The notes below the pieces were generated by a model. The model ran no database searches. It was not told the DNA's origin and saw nothing but the letters and a program-made list of their open reading frames with translations. A stretch of 64,000 bases of DNA from Hamiltosporidium tvaerminnensis FI-OER-3-3 (Eukaryota; Fungi; Microsporidia). The stretch covers positions 1,054,001 to 1,118,000 of the forward strand of contig CM061246.1 of assembly GCA_022605425.2 (NCBI GenBank). The letters are read 5' to 3'. Below, piece after piece: positions 46,901-61,900 of this stretch (positions are counted from its first letter, which is position 1; the number at the start of each line of letters is the position of its first letter). The translations under genes were made by a program, and so were the position numbers.

Positions 46901-49900
46901 AATATGTAATTGATGTGTTTATCTTGAAAAGGTGCTTAAACCGTATATTAAGAACTAGAAATACCAATACAACAGTGATTGCATGAATCCAAAATAACTC
47001 ATACAAATACTCTAACTTATCACTTTTTGCTCCAAAAAAGCGTAGAGTCATGATTCAAAAGCAAATTAGAACCCAAAAAAGAGCAAAAAATTTATTAAAA
47101 GATTAAAGACACAATATACCTCAACTATAGTTTACGACACTGCCGACGAAGAAAGTATATCAACAGATAAAGAGAATTCCTTGTACGAAAATTAAGACAA
47201 TAATACTAAATCGAAGCATTTAACTAAAAACTTGAAAAAGTCAATATAAAACGAAAAAAGTATAACAAATAAATGCAGACTATGGTACGCAAACCAATAT
47301 ATAGAACAAAAATGATTCAAGACTCATATGAAATTAATAAATCTTTCAATTCTCGAGATATAAAATTAAGCGAGTGACATATCAAACCCATACTGTTTCC
47401 TTATTAATTATAGAAACAGTCGAGAAGTAAGCAATTTTGACTTTTCATCTCATTTGGAATAAACTAAAAAAAGCAGGCAAAAGAGAGATGCAAAAAAATG
47501 GAAAAACCACGTAGCTTTATTTGGCAAATCTTACGCTATAAATCTACCCATGGTGAAAAGAGTTTATTAAAAATCGAGAAAATGCGTTGTTTTTTGATAT
47601 GTGTAGGTTTACATTATCGAACTATCCTATTAAAAGCTTAATCACTTTTTCATTTTTTAGTTTTGTAATATTTTTGTTTACATTAAAATGGAAGCCGATA
47701 ATATCGTTTTATAGATTATTTCATAATAGGATTCGTATTTTCGCTATTTCCTAGATTCATTTTCTCTAAGACTGATATTATATAATGATTCAATATTTAT
47801 GCTCTTATATTTTAAACAAATATATTTTCTCATGATCTTATAGAAATAGTAGAAATTTTTCATAATTATAATAAGGCAGTGTAATTTTATATTGTAAAGT
47901 CTTTATATTACGAATTGAGTGAAACACACAAAAAGATTGTCTGGTTCATGTAGTTTTTTTTCGGTTGGTATTTTTATATTCTAAGAATAATTTATAGAAA
48001 CTATGTTGAAATGAATCTTAATATGATTCTGCGATTAGCGATAAAAATATTTATAAATGTCTTTAAGAGCGTTTAAATATTGCAAATATTATGAAATTGT
48101 CACAATTTGAAATATTCCAATTCGAATTATCGCTTAAAAATTGAGTTCAAAGATCTTAATTTAACTACGATATGTACAAAACGCGTATTCTATCTTATTG
48201 ACTTATTCATGTATTAAAACACTGGTGTTCGGATCAGAACTATTAATATGCTTCTTTTACCGCGATTCGATTTTCGAATAATACATTATTTATTATCTGC
48301 ATAAAACAAACGAATCGACGAATTCAACGAAATGTGATAAAGTCGGCATTAACGAAAAAATGCTTTACTCATAATTTGATTTTAGTTTACACTGAAACAA
48401 CAAACATAGCAAGAGAATTTTTGATAAAATTTTTCGAAATTAGATTTTCCCTCTGCTTCGGGAACCAGAATACTTGAAGACAAATATAAATTAAAATATC
48501 AGGCAGATTGTTTAGGCTAATATTGTTTGTTAAAATATGATCCAGACATTGTACGTTGCATTTATATCAGACGACTCATTTCTGCTGTCTGTAAAAATGA
48601 TTGAGAGGAATAATTCTTTTGATTTTAAAACCAAACGTATATCCAGACACATTCGGGCCAGAAAATAAGAATATATATATTAAAAAGTTTCGTAGATACT
48701 TAGAATTATAAAAGATCAACTTTGATCAATAGATTAATATTAAGAGTTTCGCGTTTAATAGCATAAAAATTAATACAGTAATAAAATTCAAAATTTTTGT
48801 TAGTGCTTTCTTTAAAAAGATACTTTCCCCATATATTTAATATACTTTAAGAATATTTATTCATATACTATCAGCTTTTTTTATTTTACAAGCCAAGAAA
48901 TTTATAACAGAGCACTCAAAAGGTTAAGTCTATAAAAATAATACACTTTAAACTTTATATGACTAATTTAAAATATATATGATTACTAAGCAAAGAAATA
49001 AAGGCAAGAACTGCTGTAAGAGATTTAATAGAAACTATAAAATATACGTAAAATTTTTATTTTTTAAAAAATTGATAAATCTTGTTAAATTAAGAAATTT
49101 ATTATACGAGGATCATTTTTTCAAATTCCCATATTTATCATTAGAAATTGTTTGTATTTTAAATTTTGTATTGTGATCATTACTGGTTAGGCAACAAAAA
49201 TCTTATATTTTTCAACAATTTTTGAAAATCATAGAGATGTAGAAAAAAAACTGCAATACTAACATTCGTTTAATAATGACAATGTAGAATCGATGTAAAT
49301 ATCTGAGCTAATCTTCGGTTGGATAAGTACATGCTTGATTTTTGGTTGTTCTATTAAAACCTGTATAAAAACAAAGTGGCTTGGCATAAGGGAAATTTGT
49401 CCTAAACAAAATATTCTTGTTCAATCTAACTAAATATTATATCGGTTTAAAGTTAGTGCAATAGTGAGTTGAAGATCAGAAAAATAGCCTAGCTTTCTCG
49501 ACTTAGAAGCCAAAAAGTAAGAAGATACAGGAGACTAAATTTTAAAAAGCGAAAGAGAATAGTAGCAAATGATGCTTTTTCTTTAGATGCAACATTTTCG
49601 GATTCCTAAATGTAAACAAAAATATATTCTAGCCTATATCTAGTACAATATATTAGATAAAATATTTAAGAAAGCTGCGTGTTCTACAAATTAAAAAGTA
49701 GGTTTGAGCTAGCAACTGACCTTTAAGCTCTAATAGTGACAATTTTGAGCACTAATACTTTTCATATATGAATTTTAAAAACTTTTAGATAAAAACTGGT
49801 GAAAGCATAATTGCTACAAATACTAAAGAAATTTAAGAGAAAATCAGTCTTGTCAGCTAAGTACGGCTTTAGGTTTATGAAATTTGAACTTATGTAAAGT

Positions 49901-52900
49901 ATTGAATATAAAAATATTTTTCCTTTGAACCATATCTTAATATAATAGAGCGTCTTTAAGCTACTAGTTTAATTCTTTATTCGGAATAGCTAAAAATCAA
50001 ATCTCACAATGAGGAGAACTTCTAGTACACCCATAATAAAGATCGAAAGACTTCTTAGATAAAAAAATCATTTAGAGTAGTATAATTAAAATTGAATTAA
50101 TTAAGATAAGTTTATGAACAACAATTTATAGAGCTAAGCCCACTCAATCCAAAAATTAACAATTAGAATACACACCAATAGACAAATGGTTATCTTTTTC
50201 GAAATTTAACATGCTTGATATGCCTCAGCGCTTTTTCTTGATGCATCAAAAGGCTTAGATAATAGTAAAAACTTAAAGAAGATTTGGCTTGGATATAATT
50301 CCTTTGGATTGAATTGGAACCCATACTATATTATTTTCAAAGTATCTTAATCATATATAATCGATAGAATTCACTTTTTTGTTACAGCGCAATGTAAGTT
50401 AAAGAAATTATGGGAAAATTAAGTTTTTTTAATAAATATACGATAATATTTTGAGATAATGAAATTATTGGCTTCACCTTCCGAAATTAAATGTTTATTA
50501 AGAAATCATAAGCATGTATATGGTAAAAATTTGGTACTAATATACGCTTTAAATACATATTGGAATACTTTAAATTCCAGTTGAATTGTTCAATGATTTA
50601 AAGTAACCTTAATGTAAATAGCTGCTCAAATATGTAACTATTTCAATTATTATAGGATCACTCATATCTGTATCAGATTTATTTACATATATATCATTCA
50701 ATGACGACGATTTTCAACAATTCAAGATCTAAAGATTATTCTGTCAATAAATAATGCTCTATTTTGGCATGCTTTTTATAATTCATCACAATATATTGTT
50801 AATCCTCAACAGTTTATTGATCTTTAATATCTACTACTCAGTATATTTGACTATTTTGTCCAGATGCATCGGTAGATTGAAAATTTAATTATTTCGTAAT
50901 TTGACAAGTTAATACTATTTTGGATAAATCAGTATAATTTTTTTTAAGTTATTAAATTATTTTATTCTAATAGCTCATTTCTACAATTTATTTTGAAATT
51001 TTGTTTATCCATTATTTTTGCACAAAAGAATGAGTTATTAAATAAAGTGGAATATATTTTTAATATATTTTTTGTTCGATTTATTTTATTCAAATCCCAT
51101 GAAACCATATTTGTTTATTTATAAGAAAATTATTTTCATGTTTGTCAATTGTCTTACTTTAGGGCATTTCTTCGATAAAAATTCCTAAATTACGATTCAA
51201 AATGGTAAAATGCATTCAAATGGTAATAAAATACATACTCTTAAATATTCATGTTAAAATATAATTAGATTTCTTGCGCTGTTAAATTTTTTGATTCGAA
51301 TAGCTTGTGATTCTCTGTTTAGACATCCTAAGAATGTATATTTTATAAATCGCATTAGCTAAGCTGTATTAACATTATATTTATAGTTTATGGAATATAC
51401 GCAACGATTCGATCCAGATAAAAGATATGAAATTATTTTTTACTCTTTTAAATTACTTTGCTAATATTTATATTTATAAGCATCCTGTTGTCTTGTAACC
51501 TACGATTCTTATGATGCAAATTGATATACGAACTGTTATAAAAAGTTTTGATGATTAGAGTATTATTCTCAGACGAGATTTTATTTTAAGAATGAGGTAC
51601 ATTATTATGAGGATTGGCTCTATATTATGTTATTAAGAATCCATTATATGAAAGATTTTAATTTGATTGTCGTTCTTATATAACTACTTGAAATCTTTTT
51701 ACAATTGTTTAAGCTTGTATTTTACGGTAGAAACATAATGAAATTCAAAAATAACATAAAATATTGTATAAGTATGGAAAAACCCGGGCGATTCGAAAAA
51801 TAAAGAAATGTACACTACCAAAATAAACAATTTATGTAATCTAAATCTTTTCATGTTACATATTAGATTAAAGAACAAAATACTGATATTAAAAGAATAA
51901 ATCAGATACATCATATGCAAGATAATGTTTTATCCTTCTCAAAGAAATCGTTCCTATGCAAATCAAAAGTACTATGAGATAAACGTTTCTATAACTTAAA
52001 ATATATGCAATATCTACCATAGGTCTTTATATTTAACCTCGGCTGTGATCTTTTTTGCATTTAATTTTTAATTTTTTTAAGAAAATATAATAAATAATTT
52101 AAGGTAAAAAACTGTATGCTGAACCTGTATCATAATCTAAATTTTTAGATTCTTTCGTTTTGATATAATTTTTTCTGAGTTTAGACACCGGGTATCTATT
52201 TCTTGGTGTTTACAAACACAAGAATATTTTAAATTTTTTTATCCGCGCATTATATTAAATAAAAAGTGCGAAGTATATACTGTATTTAAAACAATGCAAA
52301 TATGTTAAAAGTCTTTCTTTCTTTTGCTTGATAAGACAAAAAAGAGAAGAATGCCTTACACTAATTCTTTTTTATATTTCTAAAATAAGAAATTAAAATT
52401 TTCAAGGCGTACTTTCTCTAGTTTTAAAAACTTTAAGATATGAATAGTTGATTATCGCTTTTAAACCTATCAGAAAAGACTTTCCTAGTTATAGTACGTT
52501 TACCTTGCTGATAGTATCGCAGTACGCTTAAAAACATGCTATAATTGTGATTGGATAAAAAATTTCTTCGTTAATTATTTTTATTCAAACATTAAAATTT
52601 TATTGGCAAAAATCTTACCTAATATTTATACTTTTCAAAAAAATTTGATCTTAATTAGCTAAAACTTTTGACGATATAGAAAAATTTTTTAAATGTGCGT
52701 TTTACAAATAAATTGGTAAGCGTAACAACGTATTATTATATTCTTAGCAAATAAAAACAAATAATATATATGCCCGAGAAGGCTCACAGATATTCGATTT
52801 TAAAATAAACCAGAATAAAGGAAATGATTTATACACTCAGGTTGTTTATACATGTAAAATTTTTACGAGACGTATCTAGTTATCTATAAAATATCCCAAC

Positions 52901-55900
52901 TATGAAATTAATCGTATACTATCAAAAGTTCGCTTTACAAACAAATAAAGTTCTCTTCAAAAATGGTGTGGAAAGGCCTTTTAAAAATTTATATTTTTAA
53001 ATTTAAGCTATAATTTCTATAATTTTAATTTAACGTTATTAAATTATTCTTATATCACATGTGTGCTATTAAAGCTAAAAGATGCTCCAAATTAACTCAA
53101 AATTATTCACTGATGCATTTTGTTTGAAAGTAAAAGAAATAGATATAGATTTTTTATAGCTGTAAGTTTCTATGAATTTGATTTTTTGATGTAGCATTTA
53201 TATATTAAAAAAAGCACATCTGACCATCATAAATATGAATTTTCATTTTCCGACTTGTTTTTGTAAAAAAATAAATAGAAGTATGTTTAAATCTGATAAT
53301 ACCATTTTTTATTAGTGTATAAATATTTTGAGAATGAATAAAATCTTACAACATCCTACGACGAAATGATTAGCATTAATCAGTTTATATATGAATATTT
53401 TATATGTTTAGAATGGGTTTATCACTGTAATTCTTTACACTATATAGATATATTTTAATGCATAAAGTAGTTGAAAAAGTGTTTCCGATGAGGTTTAGAA
53501 TTAGAATATTATTGTTGTTTTTTTTACTTTTAGAGTAAAATTCTTGGCTATTTTATATCTATTAGTATGATGTATTATTACATGAGTTTATATTATTCAC
53601 ATGGGTAGATCTGTTTAAAAAAATGTTATCGGTAGAATTAAAAAGTTCTTTTTCGAAAAAATTCTACGAAGCTACAAAAATATTTTAAAAATGTATAAAA
53701 GCTCGTTAATAATTCTATTTTAATGCCAATTTTTTTTGAAATATATTACAAATTTTTACAATGCGAAGGAATAGAGAGATGTTACATATTTGATTAAGAA
53801 TTGTTTCAAGATCTTTTGATTGAATTGGTTTTCAAGAAATAATTATATTATGTTTTGTTTGCTCATTAAGGTACCTAGAGATCTAATATAAAACTCTAAA
53901 TGGTTAAAAAGGTATATATGTTCAAAAAGTCTTCGAAGAAACAACAATTATCTCTATAATATGCATTTTTTCAGGGTAAATTTAAGTCTCTCGAATTTTT
54001 CAAAAAGACAATAATAGAAATCAAAGGTAATTAGCCTTAAAAATTTCCACAAATTATCTAAATGTCTCAATTTTTTTGTAGCATTAAACCGAATATAAGA
54101 ATTGTTCACTATCTTTTTTTGAATATAAATTAATTCTGTAATAAATTTGATGAAATCGTAATTACTGAAAGAAATGAATTTCCGACTCTTTTATAGCCAT
54201 TACAATTTAAGCAAGGCAAAAATTTTACGCAAATCCTTGTATTCTGTAAATAAGACAATATCTGAGGTTATGAAGATAAATACAAAAATTATCTACACTT
54301 GAAAATTTCTTTTTAAATAGTCTTAAATATAAAAATGCAAAGAATTAAACGTGTCGAAAGTTACTGCTCTTCATATTAAGATTTTTGTTATGAACTTCCA
54401 GCTGTGATGGAATCTTTTCCTCTTGTTTTAATTCACTAAATATCTTTTCTTTCACGCAAATTCTTTATATATAAATTTAAAAATTCTTATGTCAATAAAC
54501 AGATTAAGTAAGAACTTCTTGTCTTGTATTGTCTATTGCTGCGCTAAATTTGAAATAAGCGTAAGAACACATAAAATCTTAACCAAACTTGACAATATCT
54601 GATAAGTGTTTCAATTGAAATAGAAAATAATATTTTTATTAATAAAATTGATTCGAATTCTTTTTATTTTGGACATTGGAAATGCTTTGACATCTAACTT
54701 CTTTATTCAGAATGATCATGTGATAAATGTTAGGAGGCAGCAAAGAAATTTTTAACCATTTTTTTAAGTAACACTATACATTGATTAATTAAGTCTGCAT
54801 GGAAACTGGAAAAGACTCTGTATGAATGATTTCGCAAAGTAAATTATTATCTTTTGATTGAAAAGTTTTCTTTTACGATAACTTTGAAAAGGATTATATA
54901 AGATACCTATCAAATAATTCACTCTTGTATTTTCGATGTATACTTTTAAATTTGGATATTTAAAAATTTTTCGGCGCAAACCTATCTAATAAACCCTATT
55001 TTATGATAGAATTCAATTCTAAAATTATTTTTTGTTACAATTAGATTGTTTAGAATAACTATGAAAATATAACTTAATACTAATGTTTTATTTATTGATC
55101 AAATTTTTTCAAGAGTGAAAATTTTATATTATATTTTGTATCGAAGCCAAGCTTTAATTATTCTACAAAAAAAAGAAAATAGTCAAGGAACAATTACGAA
55201 TAAATTGAAACAAGAAAATGGCGTGTATGAATGTTTTAGTAGCCAAATTATATTGTTCGATTTGGACCTTTATGCTTTTTTAGATAAGTATCCTTAGATG
55301 AAAGCTGGATTTAAATAAAAAATTCATCGAAAACTTGATAAATATTTTTCTAAAATATTGTTAAAACATAAATGATAGAGGGCAAATTAAAAAAAGACAA
55401 ATTACTATATATACTTTTTTTTGATGTAAAAATCCAGAATCATTTTACTCTTTAAGAAGAAGATCATTTTTTTCGTTAATTATGCTTTTGAAAGAAAAAA
55501 AAATTATACCCTGAAAGGTATTTGGAACATTTTATAGCTACAAAAAACTAGGTACCTATGATTTACTTCAGAAATTTTAAGAATAGCTTATTCATAATAT
55601 CTCATCTTTATGTTTTGAGATATTTTCCTAAAAGCGTCAATAATTATGCGCAATACAATTTTCAAAAATATATATATTGAAATAGGTTTCCAAATAAAAC
55701 TATAATTTGAAATTTAAAGTTGATTTCCCAAAAAAAACAAGACTTTTATTGATATATTTTATCATAAACATTGAGTACCTAAATTTTACATTCAAATTTC
55801 GAAAAATTCAGTAAACAAAGAAAATTTTTATAATTAAATTTTTACGCATAAAAAACATAATATCGTAAATTTAATAAAATTAAAACAATAAATTTGAAAT

Positions 55901-58900
55901 GGTTCTACTGAATTTTGATTATAATAGGCCCCCCGTTTGAAAACATTCAAAATATAATACAAGGGAAATATTATTTTTTATTCTTGGTTTAACAGCTATC
56001 GATGGTAAAAGATTATAGATAATACTCAAAAATGTTTTGTGAACATATCAGTTAGACCTATAACAAAAATGTTTTTGTAAATGAATTTTTATTCAATCTT
56101 AATTTTTTGTTGCTTCCCTGAAATATATTTCTACAAATCCAACGAAGGTAAGAATATTTTTTTGATTAAGATAATTTGATTATATTCATAATATAAATGT
56201 CTTAGTGTTCTTTTTTTTTCAACACTATTCAATCTTTTTATAAACTATCTATTTTTTAATGTTGACTATAGGAAACCAATATGATTAGGAGAGAAAAGCG
56301 TACCAGCAATTTCATAAATAAAAATTACCTTGATTAATTTATCATGCGTTTTACTTTCTACTATTTTTCGATAAAAAGTTTTGTTTTACAATCCATTAAG
56401 AAAACAGTGACTTTAAGTTGCTTATTATATAATTATGCATAAACCATATCAATGTTGCAGCTATTGTCCTTTTAAACAAAGTTGCGTAAGAAATTGAAAC
56501 TCTTTTTTATAAAAAGATGTTAGATATTCTCAATGTATATATTGGCAATATTTAGTTATTAGAATCTATTATGTTAAGATAAAATATTTTTATATGATCA
56601 TTTTGTACGATAAGTTGCTTTTAAAACAAACTAAACTTTATTTGATCGTAATGTAAGTTGTTTTTAGTGGTATATCTAGACTCTTTTGCTCAGAAAGAAT
56701 AATGCTATGATTTTTTATGTAATACTTCAAAAATAAGGATTGGAATATATTATATACTACTCTGTACGATTAAAATAGAAGTATGATAAAAGGAACAGTT
56801 AGACATGAAAACAAATATGTTTATCATAAACGTAAAATTGACGGGGTTTTCGCCCCAAATTCCGGATAATATACAATTTTTTTAACAAAATTGAAGTGAT
56901 GGAGGCTTAATAAAATAGGCATTGCGTCTTGATATTATATCCTCAAACGTGAAGCTTACTAGCTGAAACTGTACTTTAAGGACAGACTTAACCTATGAAT
57001 TTATCCTCATTTGAGAATCATCAAAAATCACCATAAACAGATGGCTAAATAGACTTTAGTTCTAAGAGTTTATTGCGGTAAAAGAAAAACCAGAGATTAG
57101 AATTCGAACACACGAAACAACCTTTCAGGGTGTGTTTAGATATATATAATTATATTTTACTGCAATTTATTCATAAAAGTTTTTCTGTTTCACAAAAGGC
57201 TACGCCTCAATAATTTTATAACGATTTTTTTTCATTTTTGCCAATATAATTTTTTTGATAGAAACAAATATTTTTTTTCAGATACAAAAAATACAATTAT
57301 ATGAGTTATTACCGCGTAATTTATGTGATATAATAAATTTCTGATATACATTTGACTTAGAATTTTCGCTGCTAGTTGATATAAGTAATTTTCGGATTTT
57401 GAAACATAGAAATTAAGTGATGTTATAATATCTGCTGCCTCATCAGTATACCTTTAATGAGACTAACACCGAAACCAGGCCTTAGTATATACTGCTGAAT
57501 TAAACTGTGATTTTTTTGTACTACTTTGGGCTATCAAGTTTGCGTAAAATTGTATTTTTTAACTCTAAACTAGTGAATGTTCATATTTTTTAGACAAGAT
57601 CTTTTGAGAGTTGGCGAAAAAATCACTTCATTCTATAGAAAATCATAAATTCGATGAAAGATATCGATTTCCAGAAAAATTTGAAACGTGTGAAAAGATT
57701 TTTTTTTATGTTTAATTAGCTTCTATAACCTTGATTTTTTTCGTAAAAAACATATATACCAAAAAACAAGATTCAATTCAAAAAGAAAACATTTAGACTG
57801 TATTAAAGTATTCTCAAAGAGAACGAAAAATCATTTCAAAAGAATATCTTTAAGATTCATTTAGTTAGTTATTAAATGGAAATCTTTAATGGATTGAGAA
57901 GCAGATTAAACAAGGTATATATTTTGCGTTTTGTAAAAGTATTTTTGCTTAGAATGTTTAAACGGACGTCAGGCATGATTGGATACTATATTTCTAACGT
58001 TTGGTTAGTGTTCGCTTTGATATCAAGATATATTAGGAATGGTTTTCTTTTATCGGTTTCTTTTAGGCTAAAACCTGAAATTAACATCGCTCGTCTAGTA
58101 TTAATCGAAAAAAATCTAAAAAAGAACATTGTTATGAATAATTAATAAAATGATATCAATTTCGATCTAAGGGCTTAAAATAAATGAATATGATGCAAGA
58201 ATATCAAATTTTTGATTAAAAACTACTTTCAAAAGAATTGTTTTAATTTGGTTTATAACAATTTTAATAATTAGAAAATTTATATTTACCTCCCAACTGA
58301 ATACAATTTGAAAAATCTCTAATAAAAAACCACAATAACTACTGATTTTTTTATTTCAAATAGCGAAAAATTCTTAATTTGGCACACTTTATATTTCTTC
58401 ATAATATATTTAATCTGAAAAAAAGCGGGAGATATATATAGATGTATTCGCTTGTTATTTATAATTAAGCTATTCATGCAATCAATAAAAATTCATTCTG
58501 TTAAATCTTGCAATAACGCATATATTTGTGACATCCTTCAATATTTCTTAATATGTATTATACAATACATATTCAGAGGTTGCTAATTCTATTTAGTTAG
58601 AAAGAAAGCCTGCTGGAAATGAGTTATTGGGTTATGATGCGTATATAAATATTGTCACAAATATGTAGGTGCATATCAATAATAATAGTTTTACCATATC
58701 ATTTTGTAATATTAATAATAAATGTATACATAATCAAAGACAAAAAGAAGATCTATTAATTTGTTAAAAAATCAATAGCGTATTGTGTTTATTACTAGTG
58801 AATAATTGTTCATATTATTTAAGTAGTGTATTGTAACATCTGGTATACACGTATAAATATTTTTTTTTGTTATTCATGCTCCTTCTAATATTAGATAATA

Positions 58901-61900
58901 GTGAAATCTTTTGATATAGCAAAAACCGATAATTATTCTTGAACTTAATTCATTGTTTTGTTTTTTGTTACATTCTCTTGTTTATATATTTAACGACATT
59001 ATATAATCATTTTTGTTTTTCTAGTTCAATAAATTGCATAAATGAATTCGATTTAATGCCTGTAAGAATCTAAATTAAATTTCCACTTTGTCGTGCAACT
59101 GATTAGAATTATGACAAATTTATAATATTTTAGATCTAAAAATATTCATTGGTTTTTGCAATCTTTATAAAATAATTTTTCTAATGAGGTATGTAGCCGA
59201 CATTATATAACTTAAGAATCATAAAAGCGCTTAAACTTTGAATTCTTACTTTTGAATAAAAATAAAATTCTATTATAATAAAGATAGAAAGAATTCACTT
59301 TTAATAAAAGCATAAAATATAAATTTTCAATAAAGGCTTTATTTTATGATTCGTATTATTCTTGTTATAAAATCAGCAGTAATTCTTTATTTCTTTGTGG
59401 AAAATGATGTTTAACAAATATATATTATGAGCAATTTTCCGAAAAATAAAATTTTGCTGAATAATAGTTTTGAATGTTTAAGGTGTATTACTGAATACGT
59501 TCAAAGGTTTAAACTAAATTTTTTATTATAAAAAAACACATCACTGCTAGAATGAATATTCAATCTACTAGTGTTGCTAAATATCCGTTTCTAGAAATTT
59601 GATTGTAACTAAAATTTTTTTAGTTTTTCCCCTTTTAGGAAAGAAATATTTTAATACTATGCTCTTTAAATGTATAAAATATCTTGCAAAGAGTTTTTGT
59701 ATACTTTATTGATGCCTCAAAATCGAGTTATGGTGTACTATGGTTAAATATCAGTTTTTATTTGTATTTAACAGGATCCATGTTCTAACTCAAAAACATA
59801 CTCTATTCCATTTCTAAAATCTGTTCCATAGATAATTTTTATTCCCCTTCGTGTATATCTGGTACAATTTGGTGTAAAACTTTTAATATATTAACGAAAT
59901 ACTGTTTGGACAGGAAAATATTTTTATCTTTTGCTAAATCATGCTGTAATATCTCTTAGGAGTCTGATATTTCTAAGGTGCAAGCACTAAAAAACATAAT
60001 TTAGATATTTTTTATATTTAATTACGAGAATTTGTAAGACAGACAAAAATATCAAATCTCATTGGTAAAATTACAAAAATAATTTCTAACCTTAAGCTTA
60101 TGATTTTCTTTTTTATAATTTATAAATTTATTACTCCTGCCGTTTCATTGTTTTATTGTAGTTTTTTACTACTGTAAAATCCTTTAAATGATTTTCAAAT
60201 TTCTTTCCCAGTAAAATAATTTAGCAATATATATCTCTTGTATTTTTTAAAAGACGTTCTATAAAGTAAATAACAATATATTTATAATTTTATCGGATAT
60301 TTTATTCTTTATTCTATACATAGTAGCTCTTTAGGTTTGAATTTTTTTGGTTGATTTAAAATTTTAGTATTTTCAAAGACTTACAATTTTTTTACAAATT
60401 TTAAAAAATATCACTAACTGTTAAATCATTGATTGTCTATAAAATTTTATTAAAATCGATAACAATTCACATAGATCGGCTATATACTATTAAGTTTTGC
60501 AGAGATAGGTTTATAAGCAGGATTTATTTCGACTTAAGTAACTAAACACAAAATAAAATGATATTTTTTTAAAATATCACCTGCATGTTTGAGTAAAAAT
60601 TTTGAGTTGCTGGCTTATCTATTAAAAATAAATTATAAATGAATGTTCGTAGGCCTATCTTTGTATTTGAAACTTAGAATACATAATTGTGGCTGAAAAA
60701 AATCATTTTAATACATTTTTTTACTCTATTATTAAAACATTGCCGCATGGGTGGCCTAAAATACAAAAGAAGGTGTTTATTTGGTTGCGAAACTTACTTT
60801 TGATCACTTAAAAATCTTTATAAAATTTGGTAGTTTTTCTCAAATTTATACTTTCTTGCTGGAAAAAGTCTAAATTTTGTTCGATAAACATCCTTGAATA
60901 AACTGATCGTTTTTCTCTATCGATTCATCTTGCTCAACTGAATTGGATATATAATTGATATAAAAAACATCTATTTCTTATGCTTTATAAAATTAACGAA
61001 GTAATCTTAAAGGGTAAAAAATGTGAATAAATATAAATTCAAATTTCTCATATATAGACAATGTAATAGAGAAAATCTTAAATTTATTTATTTTAGGTCT
61101 TTAAAGTAGAAATAAAATTTTAAATTCCAATTTTATCGAAAATAAATGAATCAAATTTTATTATATTTTAAATAAAATTAAATCTATTTTTAAAAATTTA
61201 TTGTTTTTGCTATAAGATTTTTAAGATAGAATCTTAACCGATTTCGTATTTTTCTGTTTTATTATTGCTTTTGTGATAATAAATCTAAAATTTGGATTTA
61301 ATAGTCAGAATGTTTGTATTTTTGAGAGCTTTGATCGTTATATTAATTTGCGCCTTGTTGCTTATACCTCGAAATACATACAATAATAATGAATTAAGCC
61401 TACTTAATTAACTATTGAATATTTTCTAATCAATAGATAGATTTCTCTATTCTTAAAGTGTTAGAATATCTCATTATGAACATAATTATTATAGATGATT
61501 CATTTAAGGTAGAGAATTTAAACGAAAGCAAAGCTTAACAGTTATGACGAGAAACGCTTGAAAAATTTTTCAATAAACAGTTTATATTCTAAGTATAAAA
61601 AATTGATAACATATAAATTGAAGTTTTTGTGACAAGACTTTTTCAAAAATTCAATTCAAGATAATAATTGTAAGTTTTTGGGCTCTGTTTCGGATTGTTT
61701 TTTCCAATAATTTTTCTTTTGCATAACCTATATATTTAGAATTCGTTTCAAATCTCCAAAATTTTTATTTTTTTCCATGGTAAAATGATTAAATTAAATG
61801 ATATAACATAATATAAATTTTTAGAGTGTTGATGCCTAGTTTATTAATTAATATTATCAGGAAATTGTCAACGTAAGCTATCTTTCTTAAATTACAAATA

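Noticed and set aside
56843-56856. gggg-ttttcg-cccc hairpin as a terminator or Helitron end
   Set aside because: Only a 4-bp stem, with no CTRR terminus or associated gene; likely chance.
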